From Myxococcales bacterium (GTDB taxonomy: Bacteria; Myxococcota_A; UBA9042; JABWCM01; BTVJ01): a stretch of DNA of 64,000 nt. Shown piece after piece: positions 56,475 to 64,000 of this stretch. The stretch spans positions 1 to 64,000 of the forward strand of contig BTVJ01000016.1 of NCBI GenBank assembly GCA_045863395.1, read 5' to 3'. The notes beneath the pieces were generated by a model. The model saw nothing but the letters and a program-made list of their open reading frames with translations, had not been told where the DNA came from and made no database searches. The position numbers were made by a program, and so were the translations under genes. Every line of letters begins with the position of its first letter. Within the stretch, counting starts at the first letter, position 1.

Positions 56475-57287
56475 ATGAAGACCGTGATCCTGTGCGGCGG
56501 CAAGGGGACCCGCCTCCGCGAGCACACGGAGAGCATCCCAAAGCCGCTGGTGGAGATCGGCGGGCGCCCGATCCTCTGGCACCTCATGAAGCTCTACCTC
56601 GCCCAGGGCTTCGGGGACTTCGTGCTCGCGCTCGGATACAAGGGGGACCGCATCAAGCAGTTCTTCCTCGCCGAGCTGGACCAGAAGGCGGGCGACTTCC
56701 GCCTCGTGCAGTCCAACGGCACGCCGGCCATCGAGCCCCTGCGGTCCTCGTCCGAGCCGTGGGACATCGTCTTCGCCGAGACGGGCCTGGAGACGGACAC
56801 GGGCGGTCGCCTGCACCGCGTCCGCAGCTACGTCGGGGACGGGACCTTCGGGCTGACCTATGCGGACGGCCTGGCCGACATCGATCTCGGCTCCCTTGCG
56901 GCCTTCCACCGCTCGCATGGGCGTCTGGCGACGGTCACGGCCGTGCGCCCCCAGTCCACGCTCGGGCTGCTGGACCTGGCGGACGGCAACGTGGTGCGCG
57001 GCTTCCGAGAGAAGCCGCGCCTCGACCACCTGATCAACGGCGGCTTCTTCCTGCTGGAGCCGGGCGTCTTTGACTACACCACGCCGTCCTGCAACTTCGA
57101 GCGGGACGTGCTGCCCCGCCTCGCCGCGGACGGCCAGCTGGTGGCCTTCCCACACGAGGGCTACTGGGCCTGCATGGACACCTACAAAGACAACGTCACC
57201 CTCAACGAGCTGTGGCAGCAGCAGCGTGCGCCGTGGAAGCTGTGGAGCGACAACGGCGCTCGTGGGGCGGACGGAGGAGACAGATGA
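56475..57287 (+). CDS. rfbF: Glucose-1-phosphate cytidylyltransferase
   Basis: VILCGGKGTRLREHT..IPKPLVEIGGRPILWHLMK, TDTGGRL, TYADG, INGGFF, GYWACMDT. Confidence 0.9.
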   Translation: MKTVILCGGKGTRLREHTESIPKPLVEIGGRPILWHLMKLYLAQGFGDFVLALGYKGDRIKQFFLAELDQKAGDFRLVQSNGTPAIEPLRSSSEPWDIVFAETGLETDTGGRLHRVRSYVGDGTFGLTYADGLADIDLGSLAAFHRSHGRLATVTAVRPQSTLGLLDLADGNVVRGFREKPRLDHLINGGFFLLEPGVFDYTTPSCNFERDVLPRLAADGQLVAFPHEGYWACMDTYKDNVTLNELWQQQRAPWKLWSDNGARGADGGDR

Positions 57288-58264
57288 GCGACTTCTGGAA
57301 GGGACGCCCGGTGCTCGTGACCGGGGGGGGCGGCTTCCTCGGGAGCTGGCTGGTCAAGCACCTGGTGGACCGGGGCGCGTCCGTGGTCTGCCTGCTTCGG
57401 GACACGGTCCCCGAGAGCGGCCTCCGCATGTTGGGCCTGGAGGACCGCGTCCAGGTGGTGCGCGGCGACATCATCGACTACGCGTGCGTCGAGCGCGCCC
57501 TCAACGAGTATGAGACAGACACGGTCTTCCACCTGGCGGCCCAGGCGCTGGTCGGGACGGCGAACCGCTCCCCTCTGTCCACCTTCGAGACCAACATCAA
57601 GGGCACCTGGGTGGTGCTGGAGGCCGCACGCACGATCTCGACCGTGACGCGCACCGTGGTCGCCTCGTCCGACAAGGCCTACGGCAGCGCCCCCGACCTC
57701 CCCTACCGGGAGGACCACCCCATGGCGGGGCTGCACCCCTACGACGCGTCCAAGTCCTGCACCGACATCCTGGCGCGGACCTACGCCCACACCTGGGGCA
57801 TGCCGGTGACGGTCACCCGCTGCGGCAACCTGTACGGCGGCGGAGACATGAACTGGAACCGCATCGTGCCGGACACCATCCGGGCGCTGTGGGAGGGGCG
57901 CGCGCCGGTCATCCGCAGCGACGGCACCTTCGAGCGGGACTACCTCTACGTGGAGGACGCCGCGCTCGGCTACCTGCGGCTCGCGGAGCGCACGCCGGAC
58001 AAGGACGTGCGCGGCAAGGCCTTCAACCTCGGGCTCGGGCGCCCCGTGACGGTGCTCGAGATCGTGGACCAGCTCATCGCCATCCACGGCAAGCCGGTCG
58101 AGCCCCAGGTGCTCAACCAGGCGAAGGCGGAGATCCACAGCCAGTATCTGGACTGCACCCTCGCGCGGGAGCTCCTCGGGTGGACCCCCGCGCACGATCT
58201 GAGCGCCGGACTGCGCAAGGCGTGGGACTGGTACTCGGGCTGGCTCGACGCACACCGCAGATGA
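57284..58264 (+). CDS. rfbG: NDP-sugar 4,6-dehydratase (CDP-glucose dehydratase-like extended SDR)
   Basis: FW...VLVTGGGGFLGSWL, FHLAAQ, ASSDKAYG, PYDASK, RCGNLYGGGD.NW.RIVP; adjacent to rfbF. Confidence 0.8.
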   Translation: MSDFWKGRPVLVTGGGGFLGSWLVKHLVDRGASVVCLLRDTVPESGLRMLGLEDRVQVVRGDIIDYACVERALNEYETDTVFHLAAQALVGTANRSPLSTFETNIKGTWVVLEAARTISTVTRTVVASSDKAYGSAPDLPYREDHPMAGLHPYDASKSCTDILARTYAHTWGMPVTVTRCGNLYGGGDMNWNRIVPDTIRALWEGRAPVIRSDGTFERDYLYVEDAALGYLRLAERTPDKDVRGKAFNLGLGRPVTVLEIVDQLIAIHGKPVEPQVLNQAKAEIHSQYLDCTLARELLGWTPAHDLSAGLRKAWDWYSGWLDAHRR

Positions 58265-59778
58265 CCGACGAGCGGCTCGCCCGCGCGGTGCCCTGGACAG
58301 TCCTCACGCGCATCGCGACGCTGGCGTCCACGCTGGCCGTCTCCGCCATCCTCTACCGCTCGCTCAGCGGAGAGCGCTTCGGCCTCTACACGGTGCTGCG
58401 CTCGGCGCTCCAGTACACCGTGCTGCTCGTGTCCTTCGGGCTCGACCGGAGCCTGCTGCGCTACTTGCCCGAGGCTCGGGCCAGGGACGCCCTCGGAGCC
58501 GTCGCGAGCATCGGCAGGCGGGTGGTCTGGGTCCAGCTCGCCCTCGCCGTGCTCGTCGGTGCCCTGACGGTCACCTTCGCGCAGCCCATCGCCGCGCTGC
58601 TCGGAGCGGCGGAGGGCGCCTCTTCGGTGGCGGAGCTGCGCCTGCTCATGCTGATCGTCGCCGTGGCGACCGCCTTCACCGTGGCCTACCAGACGGCGTC
58701 GAGCGTGTGCATCTCGGCCTACCGGACGGAGGTGGTCTCCGGCGCGTCGGCGGTGCGCGGCCTGCTCTGGGTCGGCGCCACGGCCCTGCTCATCGCGCTG
58801 GATCTGGACGTCGCCGGCGCGCTCTGGGCCGAGGCCCTCAGCATGTGCGTCGCAGCGGTCGGGCTCGGGGTGGCGGCCGCGCGCCTGCTGCACCAGGAGG
58901 GAGCGGGAAGGCCGCCCGTGCCCGCGCAGCAGGTGGTGGCCCGGCGGCGGCAGCTCGCCTACGCGGGCGTCATCGTGTGGTCCGGCGTGGTGAACCTGAT
59001 CGTGTCCCGCCAGTCCGAGGTGTTCTTCCTGGCCCACTGGCACGGCCTGACCGTGTCCGGCGACTACGACCTGTGCTACTCCTACCCCCAGCTCGCTCTG
59101 GAGTTCGTGCCGCTGGCCGCGGCGCCCGTCGTCACGAGCGCCATCGCGGAGGCCTTCGGCCGGGACAGGAGCAGCCTCAAGGCCGCGACCGAGCGCTACT
59201 ACCGGCTGCTCGGGCTCCTCTCCATTCCGGTGGCCGTGCTCGGCGTGCTATGGTCCGACCTGCTGCTGGTGCTGCTCTTCGGGGGCCGCATCGCGCCCTC
59301 CGCCCACTGGGCGCAGGTCTTCTCGGTGATCCACCTGGTGCCGCTCGTGTTCGTCCCACTGAGCACGGCGCTCATGACGGTGGAGAAGGCGCACAAGGTG
59401 TTGCACCTCGGCCTGCTTCAAGTCGCGACCAACATCGGCCTCGATCTGCTGCTCATCGAGCGTTGGGGCTTCGCAGGCGCGGTTGCCGCCGTCTCCATCA
59501 CCCTCGTCACCATGACCCCCATCACCCTGTGGGTTGTCGGCCGGCAGGTCGGGGGCACCTTCATCCCGGCGGGTTACTTCGCCCGCGTCCTGATGGGATG
59601 CCTGCCCGCCGTGGCCGTGGCCGTGGCGCTCCGGCTCCTGCTGCCCTCGGGCGTGGCGCTCGTGCTGGGCATCCCCGCGTCCACTGCGCTCATCGCGCTG
59701 GGGCTCAGGCGCGCCGGCGCCCTGGGCCCCGAGGAGCTGGACTTGATTCGTCGCGTGCGGCTCCGGGGGAGGACCTGA
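58261..59778 (+). CDS. wzx: Wzx/MOP-family oligosaccharide flippase
   Basis: About 12-14 TM helices; L..ERFGLY, FGL..SLLRY, NIGLDLLLI..WG..GA motifs; cluster context. Confidence 0.85.
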   Translation: MTDERLARAVPWTVLTRIATLASTLAVSAILYRSLSGERFGLYTVLRSALQYTVLLVSFGLDRSLLRYLPEARARDALGAVASIGRRVVWVQLALAVLVGALTVTFAQPIAALLGAAEGASSVAELRLLMLIVAVATAFTVAYQTASSVCISAYRTEVVSGASAVRGLLWVGATALLIALDLDVAGALWAEALSMCVAAVGLGVAAARLLHQEGAGRPPVPAQQVVARRRQLAYAGVIVWSGVVNLIVSRQSEVFFLAHWHGLTVSGDYDLCYSYPQLALEFVPLAAAPVVTSAIAEAFGRDRSSLKAATERYYRLLGLLSIPVAVLGVLWSDLLLVLLFGGRIAPSAHWAQVFSVIHLVPLVFVPLSTALMTVEKAHKVLHLGLLQVATNIGLDLLLIERWGFAGAVAAVSITLVTMTPITLWVVGRQVGGTFIPAGYFARVLMGCLPAVAVAVALRLLLPSGVALVLGIPASTALIALGLRRAGALGPEELDLIRRVRLRGRT

Positions 59779-61031
59779 TGCGCACCTTCCAGGTCCTGCG
59801 CCGCCTCGTCTGGGGCCAGTGGGGGGGCATCGAGACCGTCGTGGTGTCCCTGTCTCGGGCCCTGCAGCGCGCCGGAGTCGAGACGGAGGTCCTGTGTACG
59901 GCGGCCCTCGACCGGCCTGGGGAGGAGGACGCGGACGGCCTCCACATCCGCCGCTTCGCCTACAGCTACCTGCGCGCGCCGCTGATGCGCCGAGACCGCG
60001 ACGCGCTGGATCGGAAGGGGGGCAATCCTCTCGTCCCTGGACTGATTCGAGCGATCCTGAGCCAGAAGGAGCTGGATCTCGTCGCCTGCCACACCATGGC
60101 GCGCATGGGTGGCTCCGTTCGAGCGGCGTGCCGCATGCGTGGCATCCCCTACGTGGTGACGCTGCATGGCGGCTACTTCCATGTCCCCAAGAACGAGCAG
60201 GTCCAGCTCCGGGCGCCTACCCGCCGATCCGTCGACCTGGGGCGCCCCCTCGACCTCGCGTTTGGGGCCTCGCGCTACCTCGCAGACGCAGCGGCGATCC
60301 TCTGCCTTGCCGAGGACGAGCTTCACGCCTGTCGGGAACGACTCCCGGGCGTGCCCTCGTATCGGCTGCGCAACGGGGTCGACACGGATCGATTCGCGGG
60401 GGCGACGGCCGGGGACGGCCTGAGCTTTCGCCGCCGCCACGGCATCCCGGACGACGCGCCCCTCGTCCTGTGCCTCGCCCGGGTCGACCCGCAGAAGGGG
60501 CAGGACGTCCTCCTGCGCGCAACGGCGCGGCTCATCAGGCGCCACCCCGCGCTGCACGTGGCGGTCGTCGGCCCGGAGACCGTGGCCTCCTTCGCCGAGG
60601 AGCTCCGCAAGGCTGCGGGCGCGGCCGGGCTCGCCGACCGCTTCCGCCTCGTGGGGCCCGTCGGCTTCTCCGACCCGGCGCTCCCGGGTGCCTACCGGGC
60701 CGCCGACATCTTCGTCCTGCCGTCGCGGCACGAGCCCTTCGGGGTCGTCCTCCTCGAGGCGTGGGCTGCCGGTCGCCCGGTCGTGGCGAGCGCGGTGGGC
60801 GGTATCCCAGGGTTCGTCGAGCACGAGCGCACGGGCCTGCTCGTCCCGTCCGACGACGAGGTCGCCCTCGCGGCGGCGCTGGATCGTGCCCTCGGAGACC
60901 CATCCCTGCGGCGCGCCCTGGGGCAGGCCGGGCAGGCGGAGGCCCGAGCGCGCTTCGACTGGGCAGCCATCACGGCGGAGGTCCGGTCCATCTACGACGA
61001 CGCGGTGCGGACGACGCGGCGGCGCTGGTAG
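59778..61031 (+). CDS. GT4 glycosyltransferase
   Basis: WGGIE, TLHGG, NGVD, ARVDPQKGQ, PSRHEPFGVVLLEAWAAG.PVV; TGATG coupling to wzx. Confidence 0.93.
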   Translation: MRTFQVLRRLVWGQWGGIETVVVSLSRALQRAGVETEVLCTAALDRPGEEDADGLHIRRFAYSYLRAPLMRRDRDALDRKGGNPLVPGLIRAILSQKELDLVACHTMARMGGSVRAACRMRGIPYVVTLHGGYFHVPKNEQVQLRAPTRRSVDLGRPLDLAFGASRYLADAAAILCLAEDELHACRERLPGVPSYRLRNGVDTDRFAGATAGDGLSFRRRHGIPDDAPLVLCLARVDPQKGQDVLLRATARLIRRHPALHVAVVGPETVASFAEELRKAAGAAGLADRFRLVGPVGFSDPALPGAYRAADIFVLPSRHEPFGVVLLEAWAAGRPVVASAVGGIPGFVEHERTGLLVPSDDEVALAAALDRALGDPSLRRALGQAGQAEARARFDWAAITAEVRSIYDDAVRTTRRRW

Positions 61032-61055
61032 GGTCCTGCGGGACCTGCAGGACCC
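61031..61055 (+). terminator. GC-rich hairpin right after the last polysaccharide gene
   Basis: gggtcctgc / gcaggaccc inverted repeat around a 7-nt loop; no U-tract. Confidence 0.4.
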
Positions 61056-61145
61056 AGTGCGGAATCCGCACGCCCCGCGCCAGCCCTGGGCGCGCCCACA
61101 AGGTCCAACTCGCTGCAATCACGTGATTGTCACCGCCTCCCTGGG

Positions 61146-61163
61146 TTGGCCTGCGTGTTGCTA
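61146..61163 (+). promoter_or_regulatory. Putative sigma54 (-24/-12) promoter
   Basis: TGGCCTGCGTGTTGCT with GG-N10-GC spacing, ~40 bp before ATG 61204. Confidence 0.55.
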
Positions 61164-61203
61164 TCGTCGCGAGCAGAGACGCTGCCGCCACGTGGAGGCC
61201 GAG

Positions 61204-62337
61204 ATGAGAGCGCGAGTCGCATGGGCCGGCGTCACGGCCCTCCTTGCTGTGGCAGCGTGCGACCCAGGTGGCAGTGAGGCGCCCGACGGGTCGCAGCCCC
61301 CTCTGGTCGACGCGGTGGACGATACGGACCAGGCAGGCGGCGAGGGGGCTACTGACGCGACGACGGGCGCCGACACGGGCGGCGGCCCGGACCTCGGCGC
61401 GACACACGACGGCGCCCCTGGCGATGCCTCCGTGGCGCCCGAGGACACGCAGTGGGCGGTGGGCGACCCGGCGGTCCTGGTCGGCGCCTTCCAGATCGCG
61501 CTCGTCCAGCCCGTTCCCGCAACGGCGACCAGCGACGCCGTGCCAGGCTTCACCTCCTTCCTCGGCAAGGTCTTCGACGGTCCGACCCCGGACACCACGG
61601 TGTGGGACCTGGTCTCCGCGGACGGGGGCTGCCGGCTCCTGACGCCGCGCGCGCCATGGTGTGAAGGTGGGTGTGGCCCCGACGCCTGCGTGGAGGATGG
61701 GGTCTGCCACCCGTGGCCCAAGGCCCGGACGGTGGGGACGGTCCAGGTGAGCGGCGTCAAAGGGCCCGATGGCAAAGCGACGCTCGCCATCGACCCCATC
61801 GGGACCTCCTATCAGCCGACGGGGGGCACCCTCCCCTACCCGGCCTTCGGCGCGGGCGACCCGATCATCGTCGCCGCCGCCGGGAGCGACCTCTGCGGCC
61901 CATTCGAGGCGCAGGCGTCGGGGGTCGCGCCCCTGGAGCTGACGTCCGGGCCCGTAGGGATCGTGCCGGGGACTCCGCTCGCGCTGACCTGGGCAGCGCC
62001 GGGACTCACGGTGGGGGCAATGATCCACGTCAAGGTGGACCTCAGCCACCACGGAGGGTCCAAGGGGCTGCTCCTCTGCGAGGTCGAGGACACCGGGGCG
62101 CTGACCGTGCCCCTGGCGCTGTCCGACGGCCTGGTGGCGCTCGGCTACTCGGGGTTTCCGACCATCGTGGTCACGCGCCGCTCGACCGGGTCCGCGGTCA
62201 TCCCCCCCGGGCGCGTGGACGTCGTCGTCTCGTCCGCGGTGGAGCTGCCCGTGTCACTCCCGGGGCTCACGTCCTGCACCGATGACGCGGACTGTCCCCC
62301 TGGAGAGGCGTGCCAGTTCGACTTGAAGTGCCAATAG
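61204..62337 (+). CDS. Hypothetical lipoprotein with C-terminal Cys-rich motif
   Basis: Lipobox VAAC; acidic linker; ends SCTDDADCPPGEACQFDLKCQ. Confidence 0.8.
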   Translation: MRARVAWAGVTALLAVAACDPGGSEAPDGSQPPLVDAVDDTDQAGGEGATDATTGADTGGGPDLGATHDGAPGDASVAPEDTQWAVGDPAVLVGAFQIALVQPVPATATSDAVPGFTSFLGKVFDGPTPDTTVWDLVSADGGCRLLTPRAPWCEGGCGPDACVEDGVCHPWPKARTVGTVQVSGVKGPDGKATLAIDPIGTSYQPTGGTLPYPAFGAGDPIIVAAAGSDLCGPFEAQASGVAPLELTSGPVGIVPGTPLALTWAAPGLTVGAMIHVKVDLSHHGGSKGLLLCEVEDTGALTVPLALSDGLVALGYSGFPTIVVTRRSTGSAVIPPGRVDVVVSSAVELPVSLPGLTSCTDDADCPPGEACQFDLKCQ

Positions 62338-62396
62338 GGAGGTGCCGGCGGGTGCCGCACCTGGAGCCTGATCAACTTGGATTGGGAGACTCGGCG

Positions 62397-63569
62397 ATGA
62401 GAGACGCGACGAGGGCGGTGGTGGTTGCCGCGCTCCTGTTCGGTGCGTGCGACGGCGACGGAGCGGACGCCGGCCTCGGCGTGGACGGATCGGCCTTCGA
62501 GGGGGCCGATGGGGCGGCCGGGGACGCGGGCGGCGGCGAGGCGACGGGCGGAGAATCCGGGGGCGGCAAGCCGGCGGCGGACGCGCAGGGGAGTGTGAGC
62601 GACTCCCAGGCGGGATCCGCGGGCGGGGGAGCGGGTGACGCCCCAACCGGAGCGGGAGGAGACTCCACCGGCGACCCGGCCGCTGACGCAGGCACGGCCA
62701 GCGGCGGAGCGGGCGGGACGGACACCAGTCCAGGCGGGACCTCAGACGGCGGAGCCAGCGGCGGCACGGCGGACGCGGGCGCGACGGCCGACCTCCCCCA
62801 CTTCAGCTTCTTCGTGACGAGCTACGAGTCCATCCAGGAGCTGTCGGGCAGCGTCAACGGCTTCGGTGGCGACCTGCGGTTCGGGGAGAGCGGGCCCGGG
62901 GCTGGGCTCCGGGGAGCGGACGCCATGTGCGCCGTCATCGCGGAGATGAGCATGCCCGGCGCGGCCGCCAAGCAGTGGCGCGCCTTCCTGAGCGTGACCG
63001 CCGACGAGAGCGGCGCGCAGGTGGACGCCATCGACCGGGTCGGCGAGGGGCCCTGGTACGACCGCGTCGGGCGGCTCGTGGCCCTGACCAAGGCGGATCT
63101 CATCAGCGAGCGCCCGAAGGGGGCGGACGCGGCCATCCTCAACGACCTGCCCAACGAGTGGGGGGTGCCGAACCACCAGCCAGACCCCACCAAACCCAAG
63201 GTGGACAACCACGACACGCTGACCGGCAGCAACGCGCAGGGCAGGCTCTTCAGCGCCACGGCCACATGCAAGGACTGGACGACCTCTGATGGGTCGACCG
63301 CCAACGGGAAACCGCGCGTGGGGCACACCTGGCCCACGCAGACGGGAGGGGGCGGCCCCGGAGGGGGCCCCGGCGGAGGCAAGCCGGGCGGCGGGGGCGG
63401 CCCCAGCGGCGGCGACGGCAGCATGGCGCACTGGATCTCCGCCCTCAACGAAGCGGGCTGCGGCGCGGGCGTGAATCTCATCGAGTCGGGCGGGCCACCG
63501 CCAGGATCCACCACCGTCGGGGCCGGTGGCGGGTACGGCGGCTTCTACTGCTTCGCGCTGATGCCCTGA
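62397..63569 (+). CDS. Lipoprotein with DUF1554/endostatin-like (lectin-like) domain
   Basis: Lipobox FGAC; Gly/Asp linker; FSFFVTS...GGDL...GLRGADAMC, WRAFLS, DRVG.GPW, LTGS, C.DWT, GFYCFA. Confidence 0.75.
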   Translation: MRDATRAVVVAALLFGACDGDGADAGLGVDGSAFEGADGAAGDAGGGEATGGESGGGKPAADAQGSVSDSQAGSAGGGAGDAPTGAGGDSTGDPAADAGTASGGAGGTDTSPGGTSDGGASGGTADAGATADLPHFSFFVTSYESIQELSGSVNGFGGDLRFGESGPGAGLRGADAMCAVIAEMSMPGAAAKQWRAFLSVTADESGAQVDAIDRVGEGPWYDRVGRLVALTKADLISERPKGADAAILNDLPNEWGVPNHQPDPTKPKVDNHDTLTGSNAQGRLFSATATCKDWTTSDGSTANGKPRVGHTWPTQTGGGGPGGGPGGGKPGGGGGPSGGDGSMAHWISALNEAGCGAGVNLIESGGPPPGSTTVGAGGGYGGFYCFALMP

Positions 63570-63570
63570 G

Positions 63571-64000
63571 TCACGCGACGGGGACGACGAAGAGGTCCTG
63601 CGCCGGCAGCCCCACCACCCCGTCGGTGCCCACCCTCAGCGCCAGCTTCCGCGCCACGCGGGCGCCGACCTTGATCTCGAGGGTCGCCCCCGTCGCCGCG
63701 AGAAAGCGCAGGTGCGCGGACTCGCCCAGATCGAGCACCGCCTCGTAGCGCCCCTGGAGCAGGGCCTCGTCGGGCCTCGGCGGCTCCCCGGGGACACGGA
63801 GTGCCACGTGCTCCGAGCGGATGCCGACCAGACAGGTGCCACGCGAGAGGGGGCCGGGAACCCGGAGTGCGCCGCCGAGGGGTGCGCAGTCGACCGCGTC
63901 AGGCCGCGTGACTTGCGCAGGAAACAGATTCTTGATTCCCAGAAAGCGCGCCACGCCTTCCGTGGCGGGACGGCGGTAGACAGACTCCCGAGCTCCCTGC
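63571..64000 (-). CDS. C-terminal part of an ABC transporter ATP-binding protein with TOBE domain (ModC/CysA-like); truncated by window edge
   Basis: YRRPATEGVARFLGIKN, GIRSEHV, ARKLALRVG; frame open to the window end. Confidence 0.75.
   Translation of the reverse strand, partial: QGARESVYRRPATEGVARFLGIKNLFPAQVTRPDAVDCAPLGGALRVPGPLSRGTCLVGIRSEHVALRVPGEPPRPDEALLQGRYEAVLDLGESAHLRFLAATGATLEIKVGARVARKLALRVGTDGVVGLPAQDLFVVPVA

Noticed and set aside
1..64000. tRNA, rRNA or riboswitch
   Set aside because: Intergenic gaps are short and I saw no cloverleaf or conserved RNA motif; a covariance-model scan would be needed to exclude them.

Overview
Very GC-rich, gene-dense bacterial DNA. The Cys-rich lipoproteins, Ser/Thr kinase-His kinase fusion and Asp/Gly-rich linkers suggest Myxococcota (inference). 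It holds about 44 plausible CDSs; I saw no rRNA, tRNA or CRISPR array. In order: housekeeping genes (bcp, THUMP RNA methyltransferase), an unrecognised six-repeat protein, a large surface amidohydrolase, a kinase-ATPase-TPR-GAF-His kinase, an amino-sugar/deacetylase operon, three FadL-like porins, a giant Cys-rich C-type lectin lipoprotein, a Wzy/O-antigen-ligase-GH9 fusion and a Wzx/Wzc/Wza polysaccharide cluster. The best candidate for a new system is a tightly coupled seven-gene operon at 37493-46152, between the polysaccharide genes. It encodes a DUF4157 (eCIS-associated) cargo-like protein with a Gly/Val-rich hydrophobic segment and an unknown C-terminus, a hypothetical protein, a cobalamin-dependent radical SAM enzyme, two TPR proteins, a small 2-TM protein and an Afp15/Pvc15-type double AAA+ ATPase. 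There are no injection-system structural genes in the window. A 159-bp MITE with 22-bp inverted repeats and a TAA duplication sits exactly at the operon's end. All family calls come from recognising motifs by eye, not from database searches.
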